From Candidatus Saccharimonadota bacterium (GTDB taxonomy: Bacteria; Patescibacteriota; Saccharimonadia; Saccharimonadales; Saccharimonadaceae), in assembly GCA_016700015.1 (NCBI GenBank), contig CP064995.1:60001-92000 (forward strand): 32,000 nt of DNA, written 5' to 3'. Numbering within the stretch: position 1 is the first letter of the stretch; the number at the start of each line of letters is the position of its first letter. The notes beneath the pieces were generated by a model. It did no database searches and had not been told where the DNA came from. It saw only the letters and a program-made list of their open reading frames with translations. A program made the position numbers and the translations under genes. Of the stretch, positions 17,500 through 25,522 are shown in pieces.

Positions 17500-19332
17500 T
17501 TATTTCGAAAACAATATATATGAAGGTGATAGTCGAGAGCCCTGCATAGCACGTACCGACCACTCACCATTCTGCAGCAGAGAACCCGACCACTGCCATC
17601 CTGTCATTCCGCCGCTGTCGCTAAGCGAATAGGGGAGGAAGCGTTCGAAACCCTGGCTGTTTGTAAAGCGTATCGTACAGTAGCTGCTAGCAGTCACAGT
17701 GCAGCCACTACTCATTGCGGCACCAGTCGAGAAGCTATGTTCAGAACGGTAGTCTCCGGTTTGCAGCAGTGTTGGTGAGATACCGGCCGTACTGTTAAGT
17801 GACGCGGCAATCGTCATACCGGTATTGCCATTGACTAGACCGTGGCCATACTCATTGGTATATGTAGCACTATTCATTCCAGCTACTTTTACGGCGCTTC
17901 CATCGATAAGTGCGGTAATTTCGTCAGCTGTTGCAGAAGGGCGAAACGACAGAATTAGTGATGCCAGACTAGCCACAAGTGGTGTCGAGAATGAAGTACC
18001 ATAAAGGCTACCGGAGTAAGCGCTCGTGTAGTTGAAGGTTGCGGGATCATTTGGCGTTGCTCCTCGACTAATGAGGGGTGAAACAATAGCCCCAGAACCT
18101 GGAGCAACAACATCAAGTCCGGGGCCATAACTACTGAATGTTGCTCGTACATCATTGGCATCTGATGCGCCTACTGCGATAACGTGACTATAAAGGGCAG
18201 GATAGCTCATTGCACCGGGCTTCGAAGGGTTGCAGCCGTTTTCACTACCAGTGCCGCAATTACCGGCTGCGGCGACAATGACAACTCCGTGGCTATAGGC
18301 ATAATTAATGGCCGCTTCCATTGCGCTATCTTTCGTATCTCCGCCAAGACTCATACTAATAATCTTTGCACCATTATCGACCGCATAGTAAATTGCTGCC
18401 ACGATGGTACTTGTCCAGCCGCTGCCGTCATCGCCAAGTACTTGCAGTGGCATAATTTTAGTGTTCCAGTTGAGACTAGCAATTCCCTTGCCGTTGTTGG
18501 TGGTAGCCCCAACGAGTCCTGCAGTAGAAGTCCCATGAGAAACAGCGACGAATGGATCTCCAAGGTTACTCCCAGAACAGGTCTGCTGTTCTTGATAGTA
18601 GATGTCATCACCAGACTGTCCGGCTTGGGGATTATTATTTGTAGCATAGCTACCCACACCATCTGGGGCACATGGATTGCCGGTGGTCTGGTACCGACCA
18701 TAGAAGTTCCAGCCTCTCCAATCATCACTATAGCCATTATTGTCATCATCACAGCTGTTCGATGATTTGCTGACACTCACGCCAGTCCAGCAGTGATCAC
18801 TAATTTGTGTCATGCCCGATTCGCCAGGGTTAATGTACCACTGTGAAGCCAGGTCCTCATGCTGCAACGCAAACCCGGTATCAATAACCGCTACTACAAC
18901 GGGCTCTCCAGTTGTGTTTGACCAAACACCCGGGGAACCCATATGGGTCAAGGCCCATGGTGGGTAGAGAGTGCTAGTATAAAAAGGATCGTTTGGGGTT
19001 GTAAGTGCTCTATAGGGGTATTCAGTAGTAATATCAGATACAATGGCAGCTTGCTTTGGCGCTTCAGCGTAAGTGGTGTCAGGTGAGCTGTATCGTGTGG
19101 ATGTAGCAGGCTCTGTAGTATGAGAAGAAGGCGAAGCGGGTAAGTCTGGTGTGGCCTGTCCACTGGTTGTACCTACAACACCACCGATGCGTTGCGAAAC
19201 ACTGATGGGAGATGTTGGAATAACCGGTGACTCTGACTTACTGGTATGTACCAAAGTAGTATAAATAACAAGTCCCGCCATAAGTGCGATACAGAACGAC
19301 GTTATTACTATGAGCGAAGTGTTGGTTTTCAT
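17500..19332 (-). CDS. Subtilisin-like serine protease (S8), membrane-anchored or secreted
   Basis: Catalytic triad Asp (VAVIDTGF), His (HGTSTAGLV) and Ser (GTSFSTPLVASL). It has a Ca-site-like DDDNNGYSDDWRGWNF, an N-terminal signal anchor, a Pro/Ser/Thr linker and a C-terminal domain of about 100 aa. Confidence 0.9.
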   Translation of the reverse strand: MKTNTSLIVITSFCIALMAGLVIYTTLVHTSKSESPVIPTSPISVSQRIGGVVGTTSGQATPDLPASPSSHTTEPATSTRYSSPDTTYAEAPKQAAIVSDITTEYPYRALTTPNDPFYTSTLYPPWALTHMGSPGVWSNTTGEPVVVAVIDTGFALQHEDLASQWYINPGESGMTQISDHCWTGVSVSKSSNSCDDDNNGYSDDWRGWNFYGRYQTTGNPCAPDGVGSYATNNNPQAGQSGDDIYYQEQQTCSGSNLGDPFVAVSHGTSTAGLVGATTNNGKGIASLNWNTKIMPLQVLGDDGSGWTSTIVAAIYYAVDNGAKIISMSLGGDTKDSAMEAAINYAYSHGVVIVAAAGNCGTGSENGCNPSKPGAMSYPALYSHVIAVGASDANDVRATFSSYGPGLDVVAPGSGAIVSPLISRGATPNDPATFNYTSAYSGSLYGTSFSTPLVASLASLILSFRPSATADEITALIDGSAVKVAGMNSATYTNEYGHGLVNGNTGMTIAASLNSTAGISPTLLQTGDYRSEHSFSTGAAMSSGCTVTASSYCTIRFTNSQGFERFLPYSLSDSGGMTGWQWSGSLLQNGEWSVRAMQGSRLSPSYILFSK

Positions 19333-19344
19333 GACAGATGTCAG
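19332..19344. promoter_or_regulatory. Palindromic site TGACAGaTGTCAG overlapping the subtilisin start codon
   Basis: The minus strand reads TATACT-agtagc-TGACATCTGTC-ATG. It matches the 14741..14753 site at 12 of 13 positions. Confidence 0.4.
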
Positions 19345-19349
19345 CTACT

Positions 19350-19355
19350 AGTATA
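19350..19355 (-). promoter_or_regulatory. -10 box TATACT for the subtilisin gene (17 nt to the ATG)
   Basis: The reverse complement reads TATACT, followed by the palindrome and the ATG. Confidence 0.4.
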
Positions 19356-19385
19356 GTATGTCGCAAGCTGAGAGGCAAGAGATGT

Positions 19386-19973
19386 CTACCAGACACTATC
19401 AAGATCAACACGCAGCAGTTTTACCGCCAGCAGTTGCGTCCCAAACCAGACGATAGTCCAAATGAGGCAAAACCATGCGACTGCCCAAATAGCAGCTGGG
19501 TCAAGTTGGGGTATTGATGGGGCTGCAACTAGCACAATACATCCCGCTACTGCCACAATGAGCTTAATAATTGTCATCGATTTATACGTGAGTCGGACGA
19601 GTTGTCTACGAGGAGTTTTCTTACTATGGGCCAGGGAGAGTGCAACTACTTGCGCTGTGGCGCGAGTGATTCTTGCGCCGCCCCTGCCGATTTGCCGTGG
19701 AAGACGTATCACGTATATGGCGGTAAAACCCAGGATGATAAGGCTAATCGCGGTAGCAATGACAAACACAATCGGAGAGAAGGCACCAAAACCAATCGTC
19801 TGTGTTTGTGGTACGGCACGGGGTGCATCGGTAGGAAATAATATTGAATGATCACCACTAATAAATGGGTAGCCTAGAACGACGAGCGCCCAGCCCCATT
19901 GCGAGAGCAAAGATAAATAGCCGAGAGTTCCAAGTGAGTTCACGACCCAAAGGCGTCTTGAAGCGGTTTTCAT
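19386..19973 (-). CDS. Hypothetical polytopic membrane protein (about 4 TM)
   Basis: I prefer the start at Met12 (ATG 19973) because TATGAT lies 6 nt upstream, and the track ATG at 20006 sits in the loop of a hairpin after the tRNA. No known domain. Confidence 0.5.
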   Translation of the reverse strand: MKTASRRLWVVNSLGTLGYLSLLSQWGWALVVLGYPFISGDHSILFPTDAPRAVPQTQTIGFGAFSPIVFVIATAISLIILGFTAIYVIRLPRQIGRGGARITRATAQVVALSLAHSKKTPRRQLVRLTYKSMTIIKLIVAVAGCIVLVAAPSIPQLDPAAIWAVAWFCLIWTIVWFGTQLLAVKLLRVDLDSVW

Positions 19974-19979
19974 ACTTCT

Positions 19980-19985
19980 ATCATA
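19980..19985 (-). promoter_or_regulatory. -10 box TATGAT, 6 nt upstream of ATG 19973
   Basis: The reverse complement reads TATGAT-agaagt-ATG. Confidence 0.4.
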
Positions 19986-19990
19986 GCAAA

Positions 19991-20014
19991 TTAAAATAAC
20001 CACCATAAAGGTGG
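19991..20014 (-). terminator. Weak intrinsic terminator-like hairpin after tRNA-Pro
   Basis: The minus strand reads CCACC-tttat-GGTGG, followed by TTATTTTAA. The stem is only 5 bp. Confidence 0.3.
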
Positions 20015-20024
20015 ATAAATTAAT

Positions 20025-20100
20025 TGGTCGGGGTGAAAGGACTTAAACCTTCGACCTCTCGGTCCCAAACCGAGCGCGCTATCAACTGCGCCACACCCCG
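20025..20100 (-). tRNA. tRNA-Pro (anticodon UGG), CCA encoded
   Basis: The reverse complement folds as a cloverleaf. The parts are acceptor CGGGGTG/CACCCCG, D-arm GCGC-AGTTGATA-GCGC, anticodon arm CTCGG-TTTGGGA-CCGAG (anticodon TGG), T-arm GAAGG-TTTAAGT-CCTTT, discriminator A and CCA. Confidence 0.9.
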
Positions 20101-20126
20101 ATATATTGGTATCAATCTACCCCAGT

Positions 20127-20154
20127 ATTATACCTTAGTTGGACAAAATGTCTA
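20127..20154 (-). promoter_or_regulatory. Candidate tRNA-Pro promoter: -35 TAGACA, 16-nt spacer, -10 TATAAT
   Basis: On the reverse complement, TAGACA is 20154->20149 and TATAAT is 20132->20127. The tRNA 5' end lies 26 nt downstream. Confidence 0.45.
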
Positions 20155-20184
20155 TATGCGACCTTCGTTGGTAGTAAAATTTAG

Positions 20185-20190
20185 TACAAT
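20185..20190 (+). promoter_or_regulatory. -10 box TACAAT, 6 nt upstream of ATG 20197
   Basis: TACAAT-aatgac-ATG, with no Shine-Dalgarno. Confidence 0.45.
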
Positions 20191-20196
20191 AATGAC

Positions 20197-21684
20197 ATGA
20201 AGCGATTTCTCAAACGAACTATGCGCCATGTGAATACAAAGAACCTTCCTTACATGATCGGTTGCGTTGCGGCGGTTGCGATGGTAGCGAGCTTGTTTAT
20301 TGGAATGAAGCAAAGTGTTTGGTTCGACGAAGCATATTCAATACTCGTGGCCCGCCACTCGCCATCGGAAATCATCTCACTCACTGCCGTTGATACTCAT
20401 CCCCCTGCTTACTACTTACTCCTTCATGTATGGGGTGCTATGGTGGGATGGAACGAATTTGCACTGCGCAGTCTGAGTGTTCTCGCTTACGGAGGCTCAA
20501 TCTTTGTCGCTGGGCTCTTGGCGAAACGACTGTTTGGTACGCGCGCAGCAGTGATAACAAGCATCTTTCTGCTCATGGCGCCCCTGTTGATGCGCTATGG
20601 ATTCGAAATAAGAATGTACGCACTTGCGTCGCTAATAGGGGTACTCGCAACGCTATGTCTAGTTGCAGCTCACGAGTCGCCAAGGAAGTGGTGGCTCTGG
20701 GTACTATATGGCGTTCTAGTTGCAGTGGGAGTTTATACACTCTACTACCTCGCCCTACTCTGGATTGCCCATCTCGTATGGCTGCTATATATTGACCGCA
20801 AGCAACGTCAAACATTTTGGCGACAGTCTTGGTTGTGGTCCTACGCAATAGGAATCGTGCTCTTTCTTCCTTGGCTGCCAACATTCCTTAAGCAGGTCAA
20901 TAACGGTGCTCTTGCGAGCATTGGCCAACCGATGAATTTCGAACAGCTTATCGGTATCGTATCGTTTAACGCACTTTATAAGCCATTATGGCAGATCTCG
21001 GTGCTTGAAACACCGCTAATGCTATACGTACTGGTGGTAGGGTGTTGGTTTGTTGCTCGTGCTTACAAAATGCAGCGTAGTACGAAGTATCTAACGCTTC
21101 TTTTGCTTTATATCGGTGTTCCCGTGCTTGTGCTGGGTGTTGTATCGCTGTTTCGACCGATGTATGTTGAACGCTATTTGTCGCATGTTGCCGTAGGTCT
21201 TGTCATGTTGGTAGCGTGTTCGGTTGCAATTGTGTGGTCATATGATCAATCGCGACGTGTCGCTGCCATGAGCGTGTCTTTCTTTCTGATTATGGCACTT
21301 GGCACACTTCAGCTTATGAATGTCGGCAACTTCAATTTTCAGCGCATGGAGCACCCGAAGGTAGACGAAGTCACTGTTTCGATACCGTCATGTCGGTCTA
21401 CCGATACCGTGGTTGCTGCTGATCCCTATGTAGCAACCGAGCTGTCATACTATTTACCGGCATCATGTCGTATGTTGTTCTATAGCGATACCGCCGAACT
21501 TGGCGGTGGTTACGCACCCTTTTCTTATAGTGATAGGCGGCTGGCTTCGAAAAACTTGCCTTTAGTAGGGCAAAACATGTGGTATGTGTACTATGGACAG
21601 CCGCAACTGGTGCCAGACACTTCGTATCGACGCACAAACATTAGTACTCTTGGCACACTGACGGTCACTCGCTATGAAAAATAA
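20197..21684 (+). CDS. GT-C membrane glycosyltransferase, family 39 / PMT_2 (ArnT/Pmt-like), copy 1
   Basis: More than 10 TM helices. The first loop has VWFDEAYS (DE motif) and HPPAYYLLL. A soluble C-terminal domain is present. Confidence 0.75.
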   Translation: MKRFLKRTMRHVNTKNLPYMIGCVAAVAMVASLFIGMKQSVWFDEAYSILVARHSPSEIISLTAVDTHPPAYYLLLHVWGAMVGWNEFALRSLSVLAYGGSIFVAGLLAKRLFGTRAAVITSIFLLMAPLLMRYGFEIRMYALASLIGVLATLCLVAAHESPRKWWLWVLYGVLVAVGVYTLYYLALLWIAHLVWLLYIDRKQRQTFWRQSWLWSYAIGIVLFLPWLPTFLKQVNNGALASIGQPMNFEQLIGIVSFNALYKPLWQISVLETPLMLYVLVVGCWFVARAYKMQRSTKYLTLLLLYIGVPVLVLGVVSLFRPMYVERYLSHVAVGLVMLVACSVAIVWSYDQSRRVAAMSVSFFLIMALGTLQLMNVGNFNFQRMEHPKVDEVTVSIPSCRSTDTVVAADPYVATELSYYLPASCRMLFYSDTAELGGGYAPFSYSDRRLASKNLPLVGQNMWYVYYGQPQLVPDTSYRRTNISTLGTLTVTRYEK

Positions 21685-23218
21685 TCGGCGCTCATTGACA
21701 AAGCTTGATATTGCTCTACTAGGTTCTGGACTCGCGGTGACATCGGTGCTCAGCATTGGTAACATGACGCGCTGGTCAGTATGGTTCGATGAAGCATTTA
21801 GTGCGATGATTGTTCGCCATAGCTTCATCGATATCGCTCGCTACACGGCAAATGATGTTCATCCGCCACTTTACTACTGGTTACTAAAGCTTTGGACGAT
21901 GGTGTGGGGTCATTCACCACTAGCACTTCGGTCGCTTAGCCTCGTGTTACTGTTGGTTGCAATGACAGTCGTTTTTGTGTTTGTTCGGCGTGTATTTGGG
22001 CGCCTGGCTGCAGTGGTTAGCTTGCTGCTCATTTCTATCGCACCCATGCTTATTCGCTATAGCGAAGAGGCGCGCATGTATACGATGACGTTGGCAATCG
22101 TTGTTGCCGCAACATCTGTTCTTTACGAAGCCACTCGTCGTCCTACTCGACGCAAATGGTTGCTCTACGGGATACTGGTCGGGGTGGGGACTGTCACTCA
22201 TTATATGACGCTTATCATGTGGGCATCACATTGGTTGTGGCGTTGGTATGAGGTACGGCAGGTGAGCTTACGCGGTCAACTAAAAGCGTTCTTTTCGCCC
22301 GAGTGGCGCCGGGCGCTGCTCGTCACACTAGGGGTGGTTGCACTTTGGTTACCACTGCTACTGTGGCAGGTTATCAACATACAGGGTGGAGGATTTTGGA
22401 TTGGTCCGGTATCGGTGGATACGCTGTCGAACTATTTGACGAATCTTTACCTGTACTACGATCACCACCAGGTCTTTAGTTGGCTGGCTGTTGTGCTACT
22501 GGCGCTCATTGCGCTGACTGGCGCGCTTGCTCCTGTCGCCTACCGTCAACTCGCCAGTGAGGAGCAGCGAGGCTATCGACTGATTATCTCTATGGCATTT
22601 TTGCCACCAGTCATTCTGATGTTAGGCTCTCTCCCTCCTCTTAGGCCCGCATTTGTTGATCGCTACATTCTCGCAGCAATCTTATTCTGGTCGGTATGGG
22701 TTGGTATAACCTATGCTATATTGCTACGCAAAAGTGGCCGACAACAAAAACTAGTTGCGGGTATGCTAGCCGCAACAATGGTGATGAGTGTTATGGGTAT
22801 TGAGCATGTCTATGCGATTGGCAACTATAACAAAGATAACAATAGTCCGCACACTGTCCGAACGATTATGGAGCTGGTAGATCGCGAGACAATGGGCGTA
22901 GAGCCGGTCGTTGCAGAGTCCTCCTGGCTGTTCTTTGAGGTGGCATACTATGAAACGGCAAAGAATCCAACATTCTTCCGCTCTGAAGACAGCACGAAAA
23001 TTGGTGCATATGCAATGCTTCGTGATGATGCCAAACGTAAGATTGTGAACACTGAATTATTCACCAAGGATTACGATAAATTGTGGCTTGTCGTCCGTAA
23101 AGACTCTATTCCGACGATGTCGGCAAGTTTCAATGGCTGGCGCATCACGAGAATATTGCAGACTAACACAAAATCATCAGAACTACGCGCGGTAGAAATG
23201 CGACGCTCTGGTGTTTAG
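21674..23218 (+). CDS. GT-C membrane glycosyltransferase, family 39 / PMT_2, copy 2 (tandem paralog)
   Basis: Same architecture as copy 1, with VWFDEAFS and HPPLYYWLL. Its start overlaps the end of copy 1 by 11 nt. Confidence 0.75.
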   Translation: MKNNRRSLTKLDIALLGSGLAVTSVLSIGNMTRWSVWFDEAFSAMIVRHSFIDIARYTANDVHPPLYYWLLKLWTMVWGHSPLALRSLSLVLLLVAMTVVFVFVRRVFGRLAAVVSLLLISIAPMLIRYSEEARMYTMTLAIVVAATSVLYEATRRPTRRKWLLYGILVGVGTVTHYMTLIMWASHWLWRWYEVRQVSLRGQLKAFFSPEWRRALLVTLGVVALWLPLLLWQVINIQGGGFWIGPVSVDTLSNYLTNLYLYYDHHQVFSWLAVVLLALIALTGALAPVAYRQLASEEQRGYRLIISMAFLPPVILMLGSLPPLRPAFVDRYILAAILFWSVWVGITYAILLRKSGRQQKLVAGMLAATMVMSVMGIEHVYAIGNYNKDNNSPHTVRTIMELVDRETMGVEPVVAESSWLFFEVAYYETAKNPTFFRSEDSTKIGAYAMLRDDAKRKIVNTELFTKDYDKLWLVVRKDSIPTMSASFNGWRITRILQTNTKSSELRAVEMRRSGV

Positions 23219-24282
23219 CGGGGAATGATTTTTCTTATAAGCGGCAGTCGGATGACTCCACAGGTAAGCAAGACGGTTGCGAGCCCGAGCACAGTATTGA
23301 GCAGCCAATCATTCGACTTCACAAACAAAATGGTTGCTATGCAAAGGATAAGCCCATGGACAATATACGCAGTGAGCGAGTGCGTACCGAAATACTCTAC
23401 AATGCCGAACGTATAGCGCGACAAGTAGGATGTAATACGGTTAAAAAGTAGGATCAGAGAAGTAAACCAAATACCAGTTAGCAGTAACCGAGCTGGCATA
23501 AACGGTTCGGCCGAGAAGATGCCGTTGACTTCTGATGAATGGGGGACGATTGTCGGAAAAAATATATAGATTACGGAACAGACTAGAAAAAACGCGCCAA
23601 TGACGAGGGTGCCTATTTCGGCGAACTGGCGCCTCTGCACTGTAAGGTTGGCCCACCAGTGCCGTATCTTATCGAGGTAAAAACCAGCGATAGCCGGTAT
23701 GAAGAAGAGAATTTGCCACTGCATCCACTCGCTACCAAGCCCAAAGCCACAAATGTAGAGTAGTACCGATATGACACCAAGGAGCCGTACGTAGTTATTG
23801 CGTAGCAACCATACGGCGCCAATGGCAACAAATAGGAAGATGGCATAGAGCGCTAAAAAGTGGATCCACACGTGGGGCATTTGGAGTGTAATAAGTCGAT
23901 GCCACATATACGGCCAGTTACCGACTGGACTGTCAAACCATGGCAGCGGACCAATGCCAGAGTACCAGGTGATAGTGGCATAGACAAGCGTCATAATGAC
24001 TGTCCATATATAGAGAACTGCTGAGCGTGCAAGTAGTTTTTTCGCGATGACAGGGAATGGGGTTGCCAGACCCTTATATCCCCGTACATAGCCGACGAGT
24101 AGGCCAGATATCATGACGAAGCCTTCGGCAGCGGTCACCCATAGACGACCGGTGCCAGTAATCAGCGCCCAAAAACTCGGGAACCGGTCGAGATGATCAA
24201 TAATAATAACCAGTACAAAATATCCACGCAAGTAATCGAGTGCTAGGAGGCGACTGGCGCTGGAATGGGCCTTCTGAAGCAT
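23215..24282 (-). CDS. Integral membrane acyltransferase (acyltransferase_3 / OpgC-like)
   Basis: N-terminal LALDYLRGYFVLVIIIDHL signature and about 10 TM helices. I prefer the start at Met4 (24282), which has TATAAT 7 nt upstream. The track ATG at 24291 overlaps that -10 box. Confidence 0.65.
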   Translation of the reverse strand: MLQKAHSSASRLLALDYLRGYFVLVIIIDHLDRFPSFWALITGTGRLWVTAAEGFVMISGLLVGYVRGYKGLATPFPVIAKKLLARSAVLYIWTVIMTLVYATITWYSGIGPLPWFDSPVGNWPYMWHRLITLQMPHVWIHFLALYAIFLFVAIGAVWLLRNNYVRLLGVISVLLYICGFGLGSEWMQWQILFFIPAIAGFYLDKIRHWWANLTVQRRQFAEIGTLVIGAFFLVCSVIYIFFPTIVPHSSEVNGIFSAEPFMPARLLLTGIWFTSLILLFNRITSYLSRYTFGIVEYFGTHSLTAYIVHGLILCIATILFVKSNDWLLNTVLGLATVLLTCGVIRLPLIRKIIPR

Positions 24283-24289
24283 GGTGTCC

Positions 24290-24295
24290 ATTATA
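24290..24295 (-). promoter_or_regulatory. -10 box TATAAT, 7 nt upstream of ATG 24282
   Basis: The reverse complement reads TATAAT-ggacacc-ATG. The box overlaps the track-predicted ATG at 24291. Confidence 0.45.
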
Positions 24296-24323
24296 GCAAA
24301 GGATACTTGTAGCAGCGGGAGAG

Positions 24324-24329
24324 TATAAT
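24324..24329 (+). promoter_or_regulatory. -10 box TATAAT, 6 nt upstream of the bcp ATG 24336
   Basis: TATAAT-agtact-ATG, with no Shine-Dalgarno. Confidence 0.45.
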
Positions 24330-24335
24330 AGTACT

Positions 24336-24800
24336 ATGAACAACACCCCTCCATACCCAGCACCATCCTTTACTCTTAAAGACGTAGATGGCAGACTTCA
24401 CTCACTCGAAGATTATCGTGGCCAGTGGATCGTGCTATATTTTTACCCCAAGGATGATACCCCGGGCTGTACTATCGAGGCCTGTGGTTTCCGTGATATG
24501 AGCAAAGCGCTTCTTGCAAAGAAAGCGTCTATAATCGGCGTGTCACGTGATGAACCGGCGTCTCATGCAAAGTTCCAAGCTAAGTACTCGCTCGGCTTCA
24601 CACTCCTTTCTGATCCGGATCATAGCGTGATGGATCGATATGGCGCTTGGGGGAAGAAGATGTTTGGGCAAGATGGTGTATTACGCAAGACGTTTATCAT
24701 TAATCCTTTAGGCGAGGTCGTAAAAGTCTATGGGCGCGTTACCCCAGTCGGTCATGCCGAAAAAGTTGTGGCTGAGCTCGAGCGTCTCCAGTCTATTTAG
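24336..24800 (+). CDS. bcp: Thiol peroxidase Bcp (peroxiredoxin)
   Basis: YFYPKDDTPGCTIEACGFRD with the peroxidatic Cys. The length and overall pattern are Bcp-like. Confidence 0.9.
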   Translation: MNNTPPYPAPSFTLKDVDGRLHSLEDYRGQWIVLYFYPKDDTPGCTIEACGFRDMSKALLAKKASIIGVSRDEPASHAKFQAKYSLGFTLLSDPDHSVMDRYGAWGKKMFGQDGVLRKTFIINPLGEVVKVYGRVTPVGHAEKVVAELERLQSI

Positions 24801-25522
24801 CGAGGTCGTTTTGCTGCAGCTTGTCGAGCCGCTTCTGCCAAGTGATCATCGATAACTTGGGGGTGATAGGTGCCAAACTTCCTTAAAATAGCTTTTTCGA
24901 TCAGATAATCAGCCACTGCTGGGTTTTTGGGTAGTAGTGAACCATGCAAGTAAGTTCCAATTACGTTTCTATACCACGCCCCCTCAGTCCCATCGCTGCC
25001 GTTATTGCCTGCTCCTTTCACTACTCGGCCGAATGGTTTGGCACGCGCGCCAAGTGTTGTTTTGCCGCTATGGTTTTCGTAGCCTATGATTGACCCAAAG
25101 ATTTCGTTTTCAGTGACAATATTGCCGATCATACGCTCGTCGCTCCCATGCGTTTCAACATCGAGCAGACCGATACCCCGTAGTGTGACGCCGTCTTTGG
25201 TTTTGAAAAAGTGTCCGAACTGCTGGTAAAGGCCGCAGATGACGAGTATTGGTACATCATCTTCGGCAAGATCAACTAGCTTTGGGCCAATTTTCAGTAA
25301 GTCTTCACTAATCTTTGTCTGGCCGCTGTCCTGCCCGCCACCACCAATCACCAGGTCAACTACTTCAGGAAATTCATCACCGGGATTGTAGGTCATTACG
25401 TTTACGTTATAGCCGTGCCATTCGAGCCGGCGCCTAAGTGTGAGGGTATTGCCCCAATCGCCATAGATATTCATATCACGCGGGTAGAGCTGTAGAAGGT
25501 TGATGGTATTGTCGCTACTCAT
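24797..25522 (-). CDS. gatD: Lipid II isoglutaminyl synthase, glutaminase subunit GatD (CobQ-type GATase)
   Basis: Nucleophile Cys in VICGLYQQFG and His in TYLHGSLLPKNP. An ATGA overlap joins it to the murT stop. Confidence 0.85.
   Translation of the reverse strand: MSSDNTINLLQLYPRDMNIYGDWGNTLTLRRRLEWHGYNVNVMTYNPGDEFPEVVDLVIGGGGQDSGQTKISEDLLKIGPKLVDLAEDDVPILVICGLYQQFGHFFKTKDGVTLRGIGLLDVETHGSDERMIGNIVTENEIFGSIIGYENHSGKTTLGARAKPFGRVVKGAGNNGSDGTEGAWYRNVIGTYLHGSLLPKNPAVADYLIEKAILRKFGTYHPQVIDDHLAEAARQAAAKRPR

Noticed and set aside
17700-17800. LLQTG in the subtilisin C-terminal region as a possible sortase signal.
   Set aside because: It is not followed by a hydrophobic segment and positively charged tail, and about 90 aa of globular-looking sequence follow it. 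It is not a C-terminal sorting signal.
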